64,000 bases of DNA from Candidatus Microgenomates bacterium. GTDB lineage: Bacteria > Patescibacteriota > Microgenomatia > UBA8517. The position numbers and the translations under genes were made by a program. The stretch is taken from NCBI GenBank assembly GCA_049523135.1, contig JBEKNE010000001.1:18095-82094 (forward strand), read 5' to 3'. Below, in pieces: positions 18,028 to 27,124 of this stretch (positions are counted from its first letter, which is position 1; every line of letters begins with the position of its first letter). The notes beneath the pieces were generated by a model. That model saw only the letters and a list, made by a program, of their open reading frames with translations. It had not been told where the DNA came from and searched no databases.

Positions 18028-18870
18028 TTACTTTTTCTTGAAAGCCTGGGGCATGTCTTCCCAATCGCGATGTTTCCTAACTTTCAAATTCTCTTCCCAG
18101 ACAGCCTTAAGAGCCGGCATATTAATACCTATTTTCTTGGCCAGACCCAAAATTCCTACCATATCCTTCGGAAAACATGCTTGCCCAAAACCAAAATCCC
18201 CATCCCAACCCGGAACTTTAAGAAAGGTTCCAATCCTAGGATCGGCTTCAACAGCTTGTCTTACCTCATCATAATTAGCACCAACCTTTGCCGCCAAAAA
18301 ATAGAATTCATTTCCCAACATGATTTTACTGGCAAGTAAGAGATTGCTCATATATTTAGTAAGTTCAGCACTAGTCGGATCAACAATAAAATATTTCTGT
18401 TCCTTACTTAAAATTGTTCTGTAAAGCTCCACCACCCTATCGGCCACTTCTTCATCATCAGACCCGATAACTGTTCTCGCAGGGTTTAAAAAGTCAGCAT
18501 TTGCATTCTCCTGGGTTAGAAACTCGGGATTCATAACAAAATTAACCTTCGGATATTTTTTCGACATTTTCTTAATTGTTCCCGGAAGAGAAGTTGATTT
18601 AAGAATCAAGATTTTATCCGTACCTGAAATTTTTGGTGCAACTTCATCAATAACCTCCTCGACAATACTCATATCCATACCTGAATAATCATCAAAAATT
18701 GGGGTTGGAACACATACAAAAACGAAGTCGGAGTTATCGATTACTTCTACTAAAGTATTTTTACTTTCTTTATACTTATCAAACCAAAAGACATTGTTTT
18801 TTGGGTTCGTTACAAATCCCTCTCCAGTTGCCCTGCCCACAAACCCATAGCCGATTATACCAACATTCAT
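18028..18870 (-). CDS. UDP-glucose/GDP-mannose 6-dehydrogenase family protein (short form)
   Basis: N-terminal NAD-binding GIIGYGFVG and catalytic GFGQACFPKD motif. At 280 aa it lacks the usual C-terminal domain. Confidence 0.7.
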   Translation of the reverse strand: MNVGIIGYGFVGRATGEGFVTNPKNNVFWFDKYKESKNTLVEVIDNSDFVFVCVPTPIFDDYSGMDMSIVEEVIDEVAPKISGTDKILILKSTSLPGTIKKMSKKYPKVNFVMNPEFLTQENANADFLNPARTVIGSDDEEVADRVVELYRTILSKEQKYFIVDPTSAELTKYMSNLLLASKIMLGNEFYFLAAKVGANYDEVRQAVEADPRIGTFLKVPGWDGDFGFGQACFPKDMVGILGLAKKIGINMPALKAVWEENLKVRKHRDWEDMPQAFKKK

Positions 18871-18883
18871 AAAAAGTAGAATA

Positions 18884-21217
18884 TCACAGATTCGACCGTC
18901 TTTCCATTTCAGCTTCCACTAGTTTTTCATCACGACCATACTTAAGTCTGCTCATTTCCTTGATTATCTCTGCAACCCTAGGACTCTCCATTGCCTTTAC
19001 TTTATTCAAATCTTTAGTCGTATCCATTGAAAATGGAGGAACCGGTTCGTTACCAACAATTGTCTTGATATAAGCGTGATATTTTTCAACATTCAAAAGA
19101 TCATCTTCTCCAAAAGTCGGGGTGAATTCATGCTGCAGGTAGTTTGCATCGGTTACACCAACTCGGTAGGAAATAATTGTTCCGACATTGCCAAAGACTG
19201 CATTTTTAACTTCTTCTTCAACTTGACCTATAAATTGGTTGGCAACACAAAGACCTAAACGGTACTTTCTGGCTTCGGAAAGAATCGTAGCAAAGTCCGG
19301 TGTGGCAAAATTCTGGAACTCATCAACATAGAAATAGAAATCACGTCTCTGCTCCATCGGAACACTGGCCCGACTCATTGCAGCCATCAAAATACGCGGC
19401 ACAAGAAGAAGTCCCAAGAAATTGCTGTTTTCCTCCCCCAAAGTTCCTTTGGCCAGATTAATAAGGAGAATTTTACCTTCATCCATAACTTTTCTAAAGT
19501 CAAACGAGCTTTGCGATTGCCCAATAATGTTTCTGATTAATTTGTTTGTGACAAAACGACCAAATTTCGACACGGTATAGTCCAGGACCTCCGATTTATG
19601 GAAGTCCGAGGTTTGCGCAATTTGATCTGTCCAGTAGCGTCTGACAATTGGATCGGTGACTTTCGGTAAAAGCTTCTGGACATAACTGGAATCTGTCATT
19701 GCCCTCACAAGCTCAACAAAGGTATTTCCCGGCTCAGCCATAACGGTAAGCATGGCATTTCTGACTCCGTGTTCAAATCTTGGTCCCACAATTCCGGTTT
19801 TATACGGATCAAAAAGTTTATACATGAGGTTTATTATTGATGTTGCCGCAAAGTGCTTTTCATCCTCAGTTTTTGCTTCAAGTAAATTCATTCCGATGGG
19901 TCTTTCTGTATCATTAGGATTAAAATAGATGACATCCTCCGCTCTTTCGGGAGGAATAAGTTTTAAAACATCTTCAACAGCATCACCGTGCGGATCCATG
20001 AAACAAAGTCCCTTTCCTTCTTTAATATCTTGCAAGATCATTGCTTTAAGAAGTTCAGATTTTCCTGTTCCGGTTTTTCCGATTATATAAACATGCCTCA
20101 TTCTGTCTTCATTACCGATATAAACCGGCCTTCTTATACCTCTATAAGCGCTAATACCAAGGTAAAGACCTTCGTTGGGAATTTGGGAGGGAGCGGGTGC
20201 CGTTTTTGAATTCAACCAAAAAATGTGCGGGGTTGTAATTTGTTTATTTGGGAAGTGAAAAATAGTCGCCAACTCTTCTGAGTTAAGAATAGATGAATGA
20301 TTTTTGAAAATATTAAACATCGGCTGATATCTATAAAGGAAATCTTCCATAAAAGCTGCTTTCCTATAAATCTTGCGGCTTTTAATAGTATTTAAATCTC
20401 CCGCAAACTGAGCCAAGGAACTGCCGATATTTGCAACATGGCTTTTGGCCGAATCTTCATCTTCCGATACCGCAATGACTCGAATTGAAGTCTCAAATCC
20501 GGGTTTAGCAATTTTATTTTCAACTGCTTCCAAGGTTTTTGCCGAAGTGGAATATTTAGCCTTTTCAGGATCGCTTTCCTGTTTTTTAATATCACTGATA
20601 AAATGACTTCCTTCTTTTTGCCAGGAGGAGTCCGCCGGAGAAATGAGAATTTGAATAACAGCTGCCTCCCCCGGACCCATCTTGGCCAAGTCTGAAGTAA
20701 TTCCAAGCATCGGGTCAGTTGCCAAATCTTTAAAAGTTTTTAGCGGGTAGAAATTACTTTTACCAAGTTGAAATGATTTGTAAGCAACTCTCCCTTTTTC
20801 GGTAAAAATATTATACTCATCAACTTCAATTATTTCCGCATCCGAATACTCGCCGTTTATCTGTTTTTCAACCAAGTCTTTTAATTTTTTAGGTACCCAA
20901 ACGTAAAAACGTATATCCTCCTGTTTGGCCACAATTTCAAAAGAAATGGCCGGTTGCATAAGAAACTTCTGTTTCCAACCGCTTTTTTTAATGGTATAAA
21001 GGCTCGAAATGAGCTGTTCCATTACATCAATTTTTATTTCGTTATTCCGCGGAACTGCAACTTGTAGAAGAACAGAATCTATCGAACCTTCCTCCCTCTT
21101 CCTGTTTTTGAAATAGATAAAAATGGCATAAGCCAATGCAACCAATAGAAATATAAAAACAGCAATAAAAACAGCTGCCAAAATGATTCCCGTGTAGTCA
21201 ATCGATCCCAAATACAT
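18884..21217 (-). CDS. Membrane-anchored FtsK/HerA/TraG-superfamily P-loop ATPase (VirD4/T4CP- or VirB4-like)
   Basis: N-terminal TM helix, Walker A YIIGKTGTGKSE, MDPHGD motif and Walker B FYFYVDEFQNF followed by RKYRLGLCVANQ. Confidence 0.65.
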   Translation of the reverse strand: MYLGSIDYTGIILAAVFIAVFIFLLVALAYAIFIYFKNRKREEGSIDSVLLQVAVPRNNEIKIDVMEQLISSLYTIKKSGWKQKFLMQPAISFEIVAKQEDIRFYVWVPKKLKDLVEKQINGEYSDAEIIEVDEYNIFTEKGRVAYKSFQLGKSNFYPLKTFKDLATDPMLGITSDLAKMGPGEAAVIQILISPADSSWQKEGSHFISDIKKQESDPEKAKYSTSAKTLEAVENKIAKPGFETSIRVIAVSEDEDSAKSHVANIGSSLAQFAGDLNTIKSRKIYRKAAFMEDFLYRYQPMFNIFKNHSSILNSEELATIFHFPNKQITTPHIFWLNSKTAPAPSQIPNEGLYLGISAYRGIRRPVYIGNEDRMRHVYIIGKTGTGKSELLKAMILQDIKEGKGLCFMDPHGDAVEDVLKLIPPERAEDVIYFNPNDTERPIGMNLLEAKTEDEKHFAATSIINLMYKLFDPYKTGIVGPRFEHGVRNAMLTVMAEPGNTFVELVRAMTDSSYVQKLLPKVTDPIVRRYWTDQIAQTSDFHKSEVLDYTVSKFGRFVTNKLIRNIIGQSQSSFDFRKVMDEGKILLINLAKGTLGEENSNFLGLLLVPRILMAAMSRASVPMEQRRDFYFYVDEFQNFATPDFATILSEARKYRLGLCVANQFIGQVEEEVKNAVFGNVGTIISYRVGVTDANYLQHEFTPTFGEDDLLNVEKYHAYIKTIVGNEPVPPFSMDTTKDLNKVKAMESPRVAEIIKEMSRLKYGRDEKLVEAEMERRSNL

Positions 21218-21218
21218 A

Positions 21219-21557
21219 TTATTCGCTCTTACCTCCAACCTGCCAGCCAAAATGAAATGCCTTTTTAAGAATCCTAAGCCAGAACATCCCTAACCACGTT
21301 ATAGACGAAGAAATGGAACCACTTGACCACTTGGTAAGGGTTACTGTATCTGCAGGGGGTTGAATATTAATAACTTGTGTAGGCGGAGTTTGAATTAAAG
21401 GTTTTCCTTTGTCGTCGTTCACTTGAGCCTTAAATGTTTTTTGAACGACCTGAACTCCCGTTTGTTTTAATGTTTCGGGAACAATAAATTCAGCCTCTTT
21501 GTTTACTTCCTGAAGCTCGGGAACTTCGGGTCTTGGAATTTCGGGTGTGGCAGCCAT
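21219..21557 (-). CDS. Hypothetical protein (Pro/Gln-rich N-terminus, hydrophobic C-terminus) upstream of the ATPase
   Basis: 112-aa ORF with no recognisable motif. Confidence 0.3.
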   Translation of the reverse strand: MAATPEIPRPEVPELQEVNKEAEFIVPETLKQTGVQVVQKTFKAQVNDDKGKPLIQTPPTQVINIQPPADTVTLTKWSSGSISSSITWLGMFWLRILKKAFHFGWQVGGKSE

Positions 21558-21581
21558 ATAGATTTATTGTATATCAGTTAG

Positions 21582-22061
21582 CTACCCTCTCCAAGCCTCT
21601 TCTTTAAAACCGGATTTAAAATTTATTTCTCTTGCTTTTATAAAAAGATAATCCGAAAGACGATTAATGTAAATTAAAATCTCAGGCTTTGATTTTAATT
21701 CCACCAATTCCCTTTCGGCTCTTCGGCAAAGAGCTCTGGCAAAATAGAGCCGGGTTGCTCTTTTGTTACCACTATAAATCAGAAAGTTTTTTTGTACAGG
21801 AAGCTTTCTCTCAAGCCTATCAATTTCCTTTTCCAGTTTACTTGTCGCACTATCCGAAAACTTAATTTTTGCCCCGGTCAGAATTGCATTAATTGTAAAA
21901 AGATTCCGCTGAACTCCGGTAAACCCGCCTATAATTCCCAAAAATGAATTCAGTTCATCGATCGCACCAATTACTTTTATAAGCTTTGAGGATTTGGAAA
22001 CTCTTTTTCCTGAAAAAGTACCTGTTTCTCCTTTATCTCCTGTTTTTGTATAAATAGCCAT
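21582..22061 (-). CDS. ATP:cob(I)alamin adenosyltransferase, PduO-type
   Basis: N-terminal IYTKTGDKGETGT...IGAIDELNSFLG signature. Confidence 0.8.
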   Translation of the reverse strand: MAIYTKTGDKGETGTFSGKRVSKSSKLIKVIGAIDELNSFLGIIGGFTGVQRNLFTINAILTGAKIKFSDSATSKLEKEIDRLERKLPVQKNFLIYSGNKRATRLYFARALCRRAERELVELKSKPEILIYINRLSDYLFIKAREINFKSGFKEEAWRG

Positions 22062-22072
22062 TTACAGCTATT

Positions 22073-24532
22073 CTAACACTCTGAGTGTCCGCAGGCATGG
22101 CACTTGGCGCATCCCTCTTCATAAACCAGTGCCGGACTGCCACAGGAAGGACAAATATCTCCAACCGTTTCTGTTTTTTGCTCAACTTGAACCTTTTCAA
22201 TTTGTTCGGGTATTTGATGAGTAGCTTCGTGACTTTCAAAGCCGAAATGTAGCGATATCGCCTTGGCAACTGCATCCGGTAAAGATCTAATCTTATTCGG
22301 GCCAAACCCAACCGATCTTCCTCCACCAATTCCTCTAAGTTGTTCAACAATCTCGCGGGCTCTTTCAATTGGGGGTTTGTGATTCCCAAATCTGAGAGTC
22401 GTGGAAATCATCCGACCCAAGGCTTCTGCCATTGCAGCAACCTCACTTCCCGCTTTTCCGATTGTTATAAAGACTTCAAAAGGATTCCCCTGACTATCCT
22501 GATTAACGGTTATAAATGCACTACCAAGAGGTGTCACTATTCTATATGTCGCTCCCTCAACTTTCATCGGCCTTTCCATAATTACCTGTGTGGAAGCAGC
22601 AACTTCGCTTTTCGGAGTTTCCTTACTTATACCCAGATTAAGCACCTGCATACTTTTACTTCCATCTCTAAATATAGTAATCCCGTTACAACCACTCTCC
22701 CAGGCCATAAGATAAGCCTTTTTAACATCATCAACGGTTGCATCATGGCGAAGATTTATTGTTTTACTAACGGCATTTTCCGTATATTTTTGGAAAACAG
22801 ATTGTGTCCTTACATGCCAATCGATATCAATTTCGTGAGCAGTCCCAAATATTCGCCTTACATCCTCCGGAATCTCAAGAATATCTCTGACGACACCCTT
22901 CTCGGCAACTTTTGTCATTAGTTCTTCCGACCAAAAACCTTTTTCTTTAGCAATTCTTTCAAAATCCGGGTTTATAAATGACAACTTTCTATCCAGATGC
23001 TGGTCTTTAACAATATGTTGATAAGCTACAGCAAACATTGGTTCAATTCCGCTACTGGCGCCGGCAATAATAGAGATTGTTCCTGTTGGCGCAATTGTCG
23101 TAACCGTTGAATTTCTTCTGGGCGCTTCTTCTCTATAAATAGAAACCGGCCAAAGAAGGAAGGGTCCGCGCTTCTTAGCCAATTCGCGGGATTCTTCAAC
23201 CGCTTCTTTTTCAACCACCTTCATAATCTTCTCCCCCAATTCCATCGCTTCTTCACTATCGTAAGGAATTCCAAGGTTCACAAGTATGTCAGCCCAACCC
23301 CCGATTCCCAACCCGATACGTCTGCTGTTAAAAACAGTCTTCCGTATCTGATCCAGTGGATATGGATTAACTTCAATGACATCATCCAAAAACTTGACAG
23401 CTTGGTGAGTAACTTCTTTAAGTCTTTTCCAATCGACTTCTTTTCTACCTTCATGATCGTTAATAAAATATGTCAGGAAAATGCTTCCAAGGTTGCAGGC
23501 ATCAAACGGGTAAAGAGGCTGTTCCCCACAAGGATTAGTTGATTCAATCGGACCAAGAGCCGGAATCGGATTGGAAGAACCCTTATTAATTCTATCTATA
23601 AATATAAGTCCCGGATCCCCCGTTTTCCAAGCTCCCTCGGCAATTTCGTCAAAAACACGTCTTGCGGAAAGAGTTCCCGTAACTTCTTTTGTTTTCGGAC
23701 TAATTAGTTCATATTCCTCATCTTTGTAATAAGCATCAATAAACTTATCGGTAATGGCAACCGAAATGTTGAAATTTGTTATCCCTCCATTCTCTTTACA
23801 ATGAATAAATTCCAAAATATCCGGATGATCCACCCGAAGTATCCCCATATTTGCCCCTCTTCTTTTTCCTCCCTGTTTAACCTCGTTTGTGGAAGCGTCA
23901 AAAATACGCATAAAAGATATCGGTCCGGACGCGGTTCCCGAAGAAGTCTTCACAATTGAGCCATTGGGGCGAAGCCTGCTGAAAGAAAAACCCGTTCCTC
24001 CGCCGGTCTTGTGAATTATTGCCTGATATTTCAGGGCATCGAAAATTCCTTCCATAGAATCCTCCACAGGCAACACAAAACAAGCCGAATATTGAAGTCC
24101 GTTATCAGTCCCTGCATTCATGAGAGTCGGAGAATTCGGTAAAAACTCCCGCGAAATCATCAATTTATAAAATTCTTTTGCAAGTTCTCCTACATCTTTT
24201 CTTTTCATTCCCCATCTGGATTCAGCAGAAGCAATTTCCCAAGCAACTCTCCAAACCATATCTTCAGGGGTTTCTATCGGACTTAAATTCTCATCCTTTA
24301 CCAAGTATCTCTCATCAAGAACTTTCAGAGCTTGTTCAGTCCAAATTCCTTTGGGAAGATTTTCATCCCTTTCCGGCCGTTTCCCTATCTTCTTTTTTAT
24401 ATCAGAAATTATTTCCTGATAAGACGGAGCAATCAAATCGTTTAGTGTTATTCTTGTTTCACCGTTTTTATAAACGATTTTTCTGCGCTTAACCCTAACT
24501 GCTTTTTTATTATTTATAGTTTGTAATGCCAT
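22073..24532 (-). CDS. nrdJ: Ribonucleotide reductase, class II (adenosylcobalamin-dependent)
   Basis: Active-site STNPCGEQPL motif. 819 aa with a C-terminal Cys-rich zinc-ribbon tail CPSCGS...CAKCHACG. Confidence 0.9.
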   Translation of the reverse strand: MALQTINNKKAVRVKRRKIVYKNGETRITLNDLIAPSYQEIISDIKKKIGKRPERDENLPKGIWTEQALKVLDERYLVKDENLSPIETPEDMVWRVAWEIASAESRWGMKRKDVGELAKEFYKLMISREFLPNSPTLMNAGTDNGLQYSACFVLPVEDSMEGIFDALKYQAIIHKTGGGTGFSFSRLRPNGSIVKTSSGTASGPISFMRIFDASTNEVKQGGKRRGANMGILRVDHPDILEFIHCKENGGITNFNISVAITDKFIDAYYKDEEYELISPKTKEVTGTLSARRVFDEIAEGAWKTGDPGLIFIDRINKGSSNPIPALGPIESTNPCGEQPLYPFDACNLGSIFLTYFINDHEGRKEVDWKRLKEVTHQAVKFLDDVIEVNPYPLDQIRKTVFNSRRIGLGIGGWADILVNLGIPYDSEEAMELGEKIMKVVEKEAVEESRELAKKRGPFLLWPVSIYREEAPRRNSTVTTIAPTGTISIIAGASSGIEPMFAVAYQHIVKDQHLDRKLSFINPDFERIAKEKGFWSEELMTKVAEKGVVRDILEIPEDVRRIFGTAHEIDIDWHVRTQSVFQKYTENAVSKTINLRHDATVDDVKKAYLMAWESGCNGITIFRDGSKSMQVLNLGISKETPKSEVAASTQVIMERPMKVEGATYRIVTPLGSAFITVNQDSQGNPFEVFITIGKAGSEVAAMAEALGRMISTTLRFGNHKPPIERAREIVEQLRGIGGGRSVGFGPNKIRSLPDAVAKAISLHFGFESHEATHQIPEQIEKVQVEQKTETVGDICPSCGSPALVYEEGCAKCHACGHSEC

Positions 24533-24546
24533 TTTATATTAGGTAT

Positions 24547-24993
24547 TTATTCGCTGGTTTTCTCTATCAGCTTTTCAAAATCACTTAAATCCTCAAACTC
24601 AAGGTAAACACTGGCAAACCTGAGCCAGGCAACTTTATCTATTTTCTTCAGTCTTTTCAAAACTGCATTTCCGATTGCCCGGGACGGAATTTCCTGTTTA
24701 TCGCTTCTTAGCATTTCCATCTCTACCTGATCTACAACATCATCAACCAAATCCAAGGATACGGGTCTTTTTTCAATTGCTCTCAAGATTCCCCTTTTTA
24801 CTTTTTCCTTTTCAAAAACCTCCCGTCTTCCATCCTTTTTAATTACCCAAAGAAAACTTTTTTTAACTGCTTCTATGGTCGTAAAACGCTTGCCGCACTT
24901 ACCACATTCTCTCCTTCTTCTTATAGAACCATCCTCAACAGTTCTGCTTTCAAGAACGCTTGTTTCAGCTGTACCGCAAAAAGGACACTTCAT
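24547..24993 (-). CDS. nrdR: Transcriptional repressor NrdR (start at MKCPFCG)
   Basis: Zinc ribbon MKCPFCG...CGKCGKRF and an ATP-cone. It sits 14 nt upstream of nrdJ. Confidence 0.9.
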   Translation of the reverse strand: MKCPFCGTAETSVLESRTVEDGSIRRRRECGKCGKRFTTIEAVKKSFLWVIKKDGRREVFEKEKVKRGILRAIEKRPVSLDLVDDVVDQVEMEMLRSDKQEIPSRAIGNAVLKRLKKIDKVAWLRFASVYLEFEDLSDFEKLIEKTSE

Positions 24994-25094
24994 AAATGTT
25001 TCACATATGTAAAGAAAATACTCTACAAATAGTGATAGCACTGATTTTCAAACACTACCCCTAGACTGTCAACTAGTAAGATTTTATACAAAAT

Positions 25095-25112
25095 ATATCA
25101 CATCAGGCTCGG
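25095..25112 (-). promoter_or_regulatory. Candidate NrdR box upstream of nrdR
   Basis: ACAAAATATATCACAT partly matches the published NrdR palindrome acaCwAtATaTwGtgt. The left half is good and the right half weak. Confidence 0.2.
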
Positions 25113-25217
25113 GGTATGCTTGGGTTTTTAATAATTCCTGAAGTTTTTTGCGGAAATTATTTTTAATGAAGAATTTGAACTTTTAGAAATCATAAAAAAA
25201 TGAAGCGTTTTTGCCAA

Positions 25218-25847
25218 TTAATCCCCATCAAACGGGTTAATTGGTACCGGCAATCCTTTAGAATTTAAACCATCTCTTGCCGCTTTATAAGAATTTTTCG
25301 CGTAATTTTCCGTTTTAATTGCCAAGGGTCTTCCGTTCTCAGGGATTAACGGCAACATATTCTCAATCATCTCACGATGTTTAAGTGAAGCGGTAGCAAG
25401 TTTATTTAAAAAGGCACGGGTATCATACCCTTGCGTTCCGGCTAAAGTTTCATCATTTACGGCTACTTCTAAATATTTCTCCCCTTTCGTTAGAGTTGAC
25501 ATTGCAATGTCGGGTTTACCTTCCTCGAATAAGGTTTGCGCGTAGATAAGTCTTTTATCCGAAAAAAGGAGTGCCAGTTCCGCTTTCTTAAGGGGAGACA
25601 GAGTCAAAACATACCAAATTTTGTCCCTTAAAGCTTTTAATCCCCAAAGCGGGTTATCCGGTAGAATGCCGCCTGCATATTGAAATGTGTAATTTATCAT
25701 CGAAGTTTCACAATTATTGTTAGCCGAGGTGGAAAGGGGTTTAAACGGGGCGTATGAATACGATACGGAAGATGATTCAAAGATGGAGACAAAAAGAATG
25801 GCGAAAGCAAAGACAAAAACACCAAGTCCGAGTAAATATTTTTTCAT
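25218..25847 (-). CDS. Secreted hypothetical protein with signal peptide
   Basis: N-terminal MKKYLLGLGVFVFAFAILFV signal/TM sequence. No motif recognised. Confidence 0.4.
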   Translation of the reverse strand: MKKYLLGLGVFVFAFAILFVSIFESSSVSYSYAPFKPLSTSANNNCETSMINYTFQYAGGILPDNPLWGLKALRDKIWYVLTLSPLKKAELALLFSDKRLIYAQTLFEEGKPDIAMSTLTKGEKYLEVAVNDETLAGTQGYDTRAFLNKLATASLKHREMIENMLPLIPENGRPLAIKTENYAKNSYKAARDGLNSKGLPVPINPFDGD

Positions 25848-25893
25848 TATCGGGTAGCTACCATCCTAGCTCCTATATAAGAACTCTGTCAAG

Positions 25894-26541
25894 TTATCTA
25901 AAAAGAATAATCGGCCATTCCCAAAGGACGTGGAGAATAATTGAACCGCTGATATTTTTGGTCTTGGCAAAGACAAACGCAGACCCAATTCCAAAAATAG
26001 CTGTCAATATCAGATATAAAATCCCTGCCGATAAACTTAATTTCCAAACGAAGAAAGCTATCGGAACATGTATAACCGTCCATAGAATAGTGGAAATAAA
26101 ATTTGCCGACCACTCGTTCATTAAAACCGACCACAATCTGCCGAAAATATATCCTCTGAAAGCAATTTCTTCTGAAATAGCCGTTGCAAAAGAAAGACCC
26201 AAGGAAATTATTAAAGGAGAAGAACCTATATTTGCAGCAAAATTAAAACGCCCATACTTCAAAAAGTTTGTAAGAACCGCTTCCAAAACAAAAATTACTC
26301 CCAGACCCAATGAAAGATATACCGAATAGAAAAAATTCTTAAAAGTAATACCCAGAGAAGAAAAACTAAATCCGTCTCGTCCCGCAAACCAAAAAAGCGG
26401 AAAAAGCCAAAGTACCGGTTTAATTACCAACTCTTCCACTTCGTCAGGAAGTTGAAAAAGGAACCTGTAGAACGCCCAAATCAAAATAAGGTATGTTGAA
26501 TAAACCGTAACGTTTTTTAAAATCTTGAATTTGGCAACCAT
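25894..26541 (-). CDS. CPBP family intramembrane metalloprotease (CAAX protease/Abi-like)
   Basis: EEIAFRGYIFGRL motif (EExxxR) and multiple TM helices. Confidence 0.75.
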   Translation of the reverse strand: MVAKFKILKNVTVYSTYLILIWAFYRFLFQLPDEVEELVIKPVLWLFPLFWFAGRDGFSFSSLGITFKNFFYSVYLSLGLGVIFVLEAVLTNFLKYGRFNFAANIGSSPLIISLGLSFATAISEEIAFRGYIFGRLWSVLMNEWSANFISTILWTVIHVPIAFFVWKLSLSAGILYLILTAIFGIGSAFVFAKTKNISGSIILHVLWEWPIILFR

Positions 26542-26544
26542 TGC

Positions 26545-27060
26545 TTAATTTATTATTTTACATCCTTCAAACGATTCATCAATTGCGCTAACGATCATCT
26601 CAATCCTCTCCCCCGCCTCGGGAAGCGTTATTACATTTTTTTCATTCGGAAACCAATGAAAGGTTAAATTTCTTGAAAGTCTCCAAGTATCCCAAAGCTT
26701 ATCTGCAAGCTTACGCCCCTGACAATGCTCCACTATTTTGTTATAAATACTTTCTTTTTCTAATTCCTTAGGCAAAGACGGATTAAGGGCTTTTCCAATT
26801 CTGAAGTGTTTTCCGTAATAATCTTCCTCTGAAATAAATTTCATATCCAAAAAAAGCTTTTTCAAAAAACCTTCATAAGCTTTTGCTGCAGGAAAAACAA
26901 CAAATGAATAATCGTCAAACTCTTCCTTTCCGCCGGGTAGATCTGCTCCCCAGCCTTCCACAACACGGTAAATAAATTCAGATGTTGCTATAAGTTTTTG
27001 AAGATCCTCACCAAGATATTTCCACCAAGTCTTAGCCTCAAGTGCACTTAATGTTTCCAT
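26545..27060 (-). CDS. Hypothetical protein with HEPN-like Rx4H motif
   Basis: Helical 171-aa protein containing RLSRNLTFHW, which fits Rx4-6H. Confidence 0.35.
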   Translation of the reverse strand: METLSALEAKTWWKYLGEDLQKLIATSEFIYRVVEGWGADLPGGKEEFDDYSFVVFPAAKAYEGFLKKLFLDMKFISEEDYYGKHFRIGKALNPSLPKELEKESIYNKIVEHCQGRKLADKLWDTWRLSRNLTFHWFPNEKNVITLPEAGERIEMIVSAIDESFEGCKIIN

Positions 27061-27124
27061 TACAAATTTATTATAGCAAAAAGATTTGGATTATACTTTA
27101 AATACAAAGTATAATTTAGTTCAG

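Noticed and set aside
22033-22389. 118-aa ORF overlapping the nrdJ 3' end and pduO start, and the + ORFs 22340-22921 and 24178-24492.
   Set aside because: These are alternate-frame or antisense readings within nrdJ with no motifs.
25754-26329. 191-aa plus-strand ORF.
   Set aside because: It is antisense to the CPBP protease and secreted-protein genes, which have clear motifs and membrane topology.
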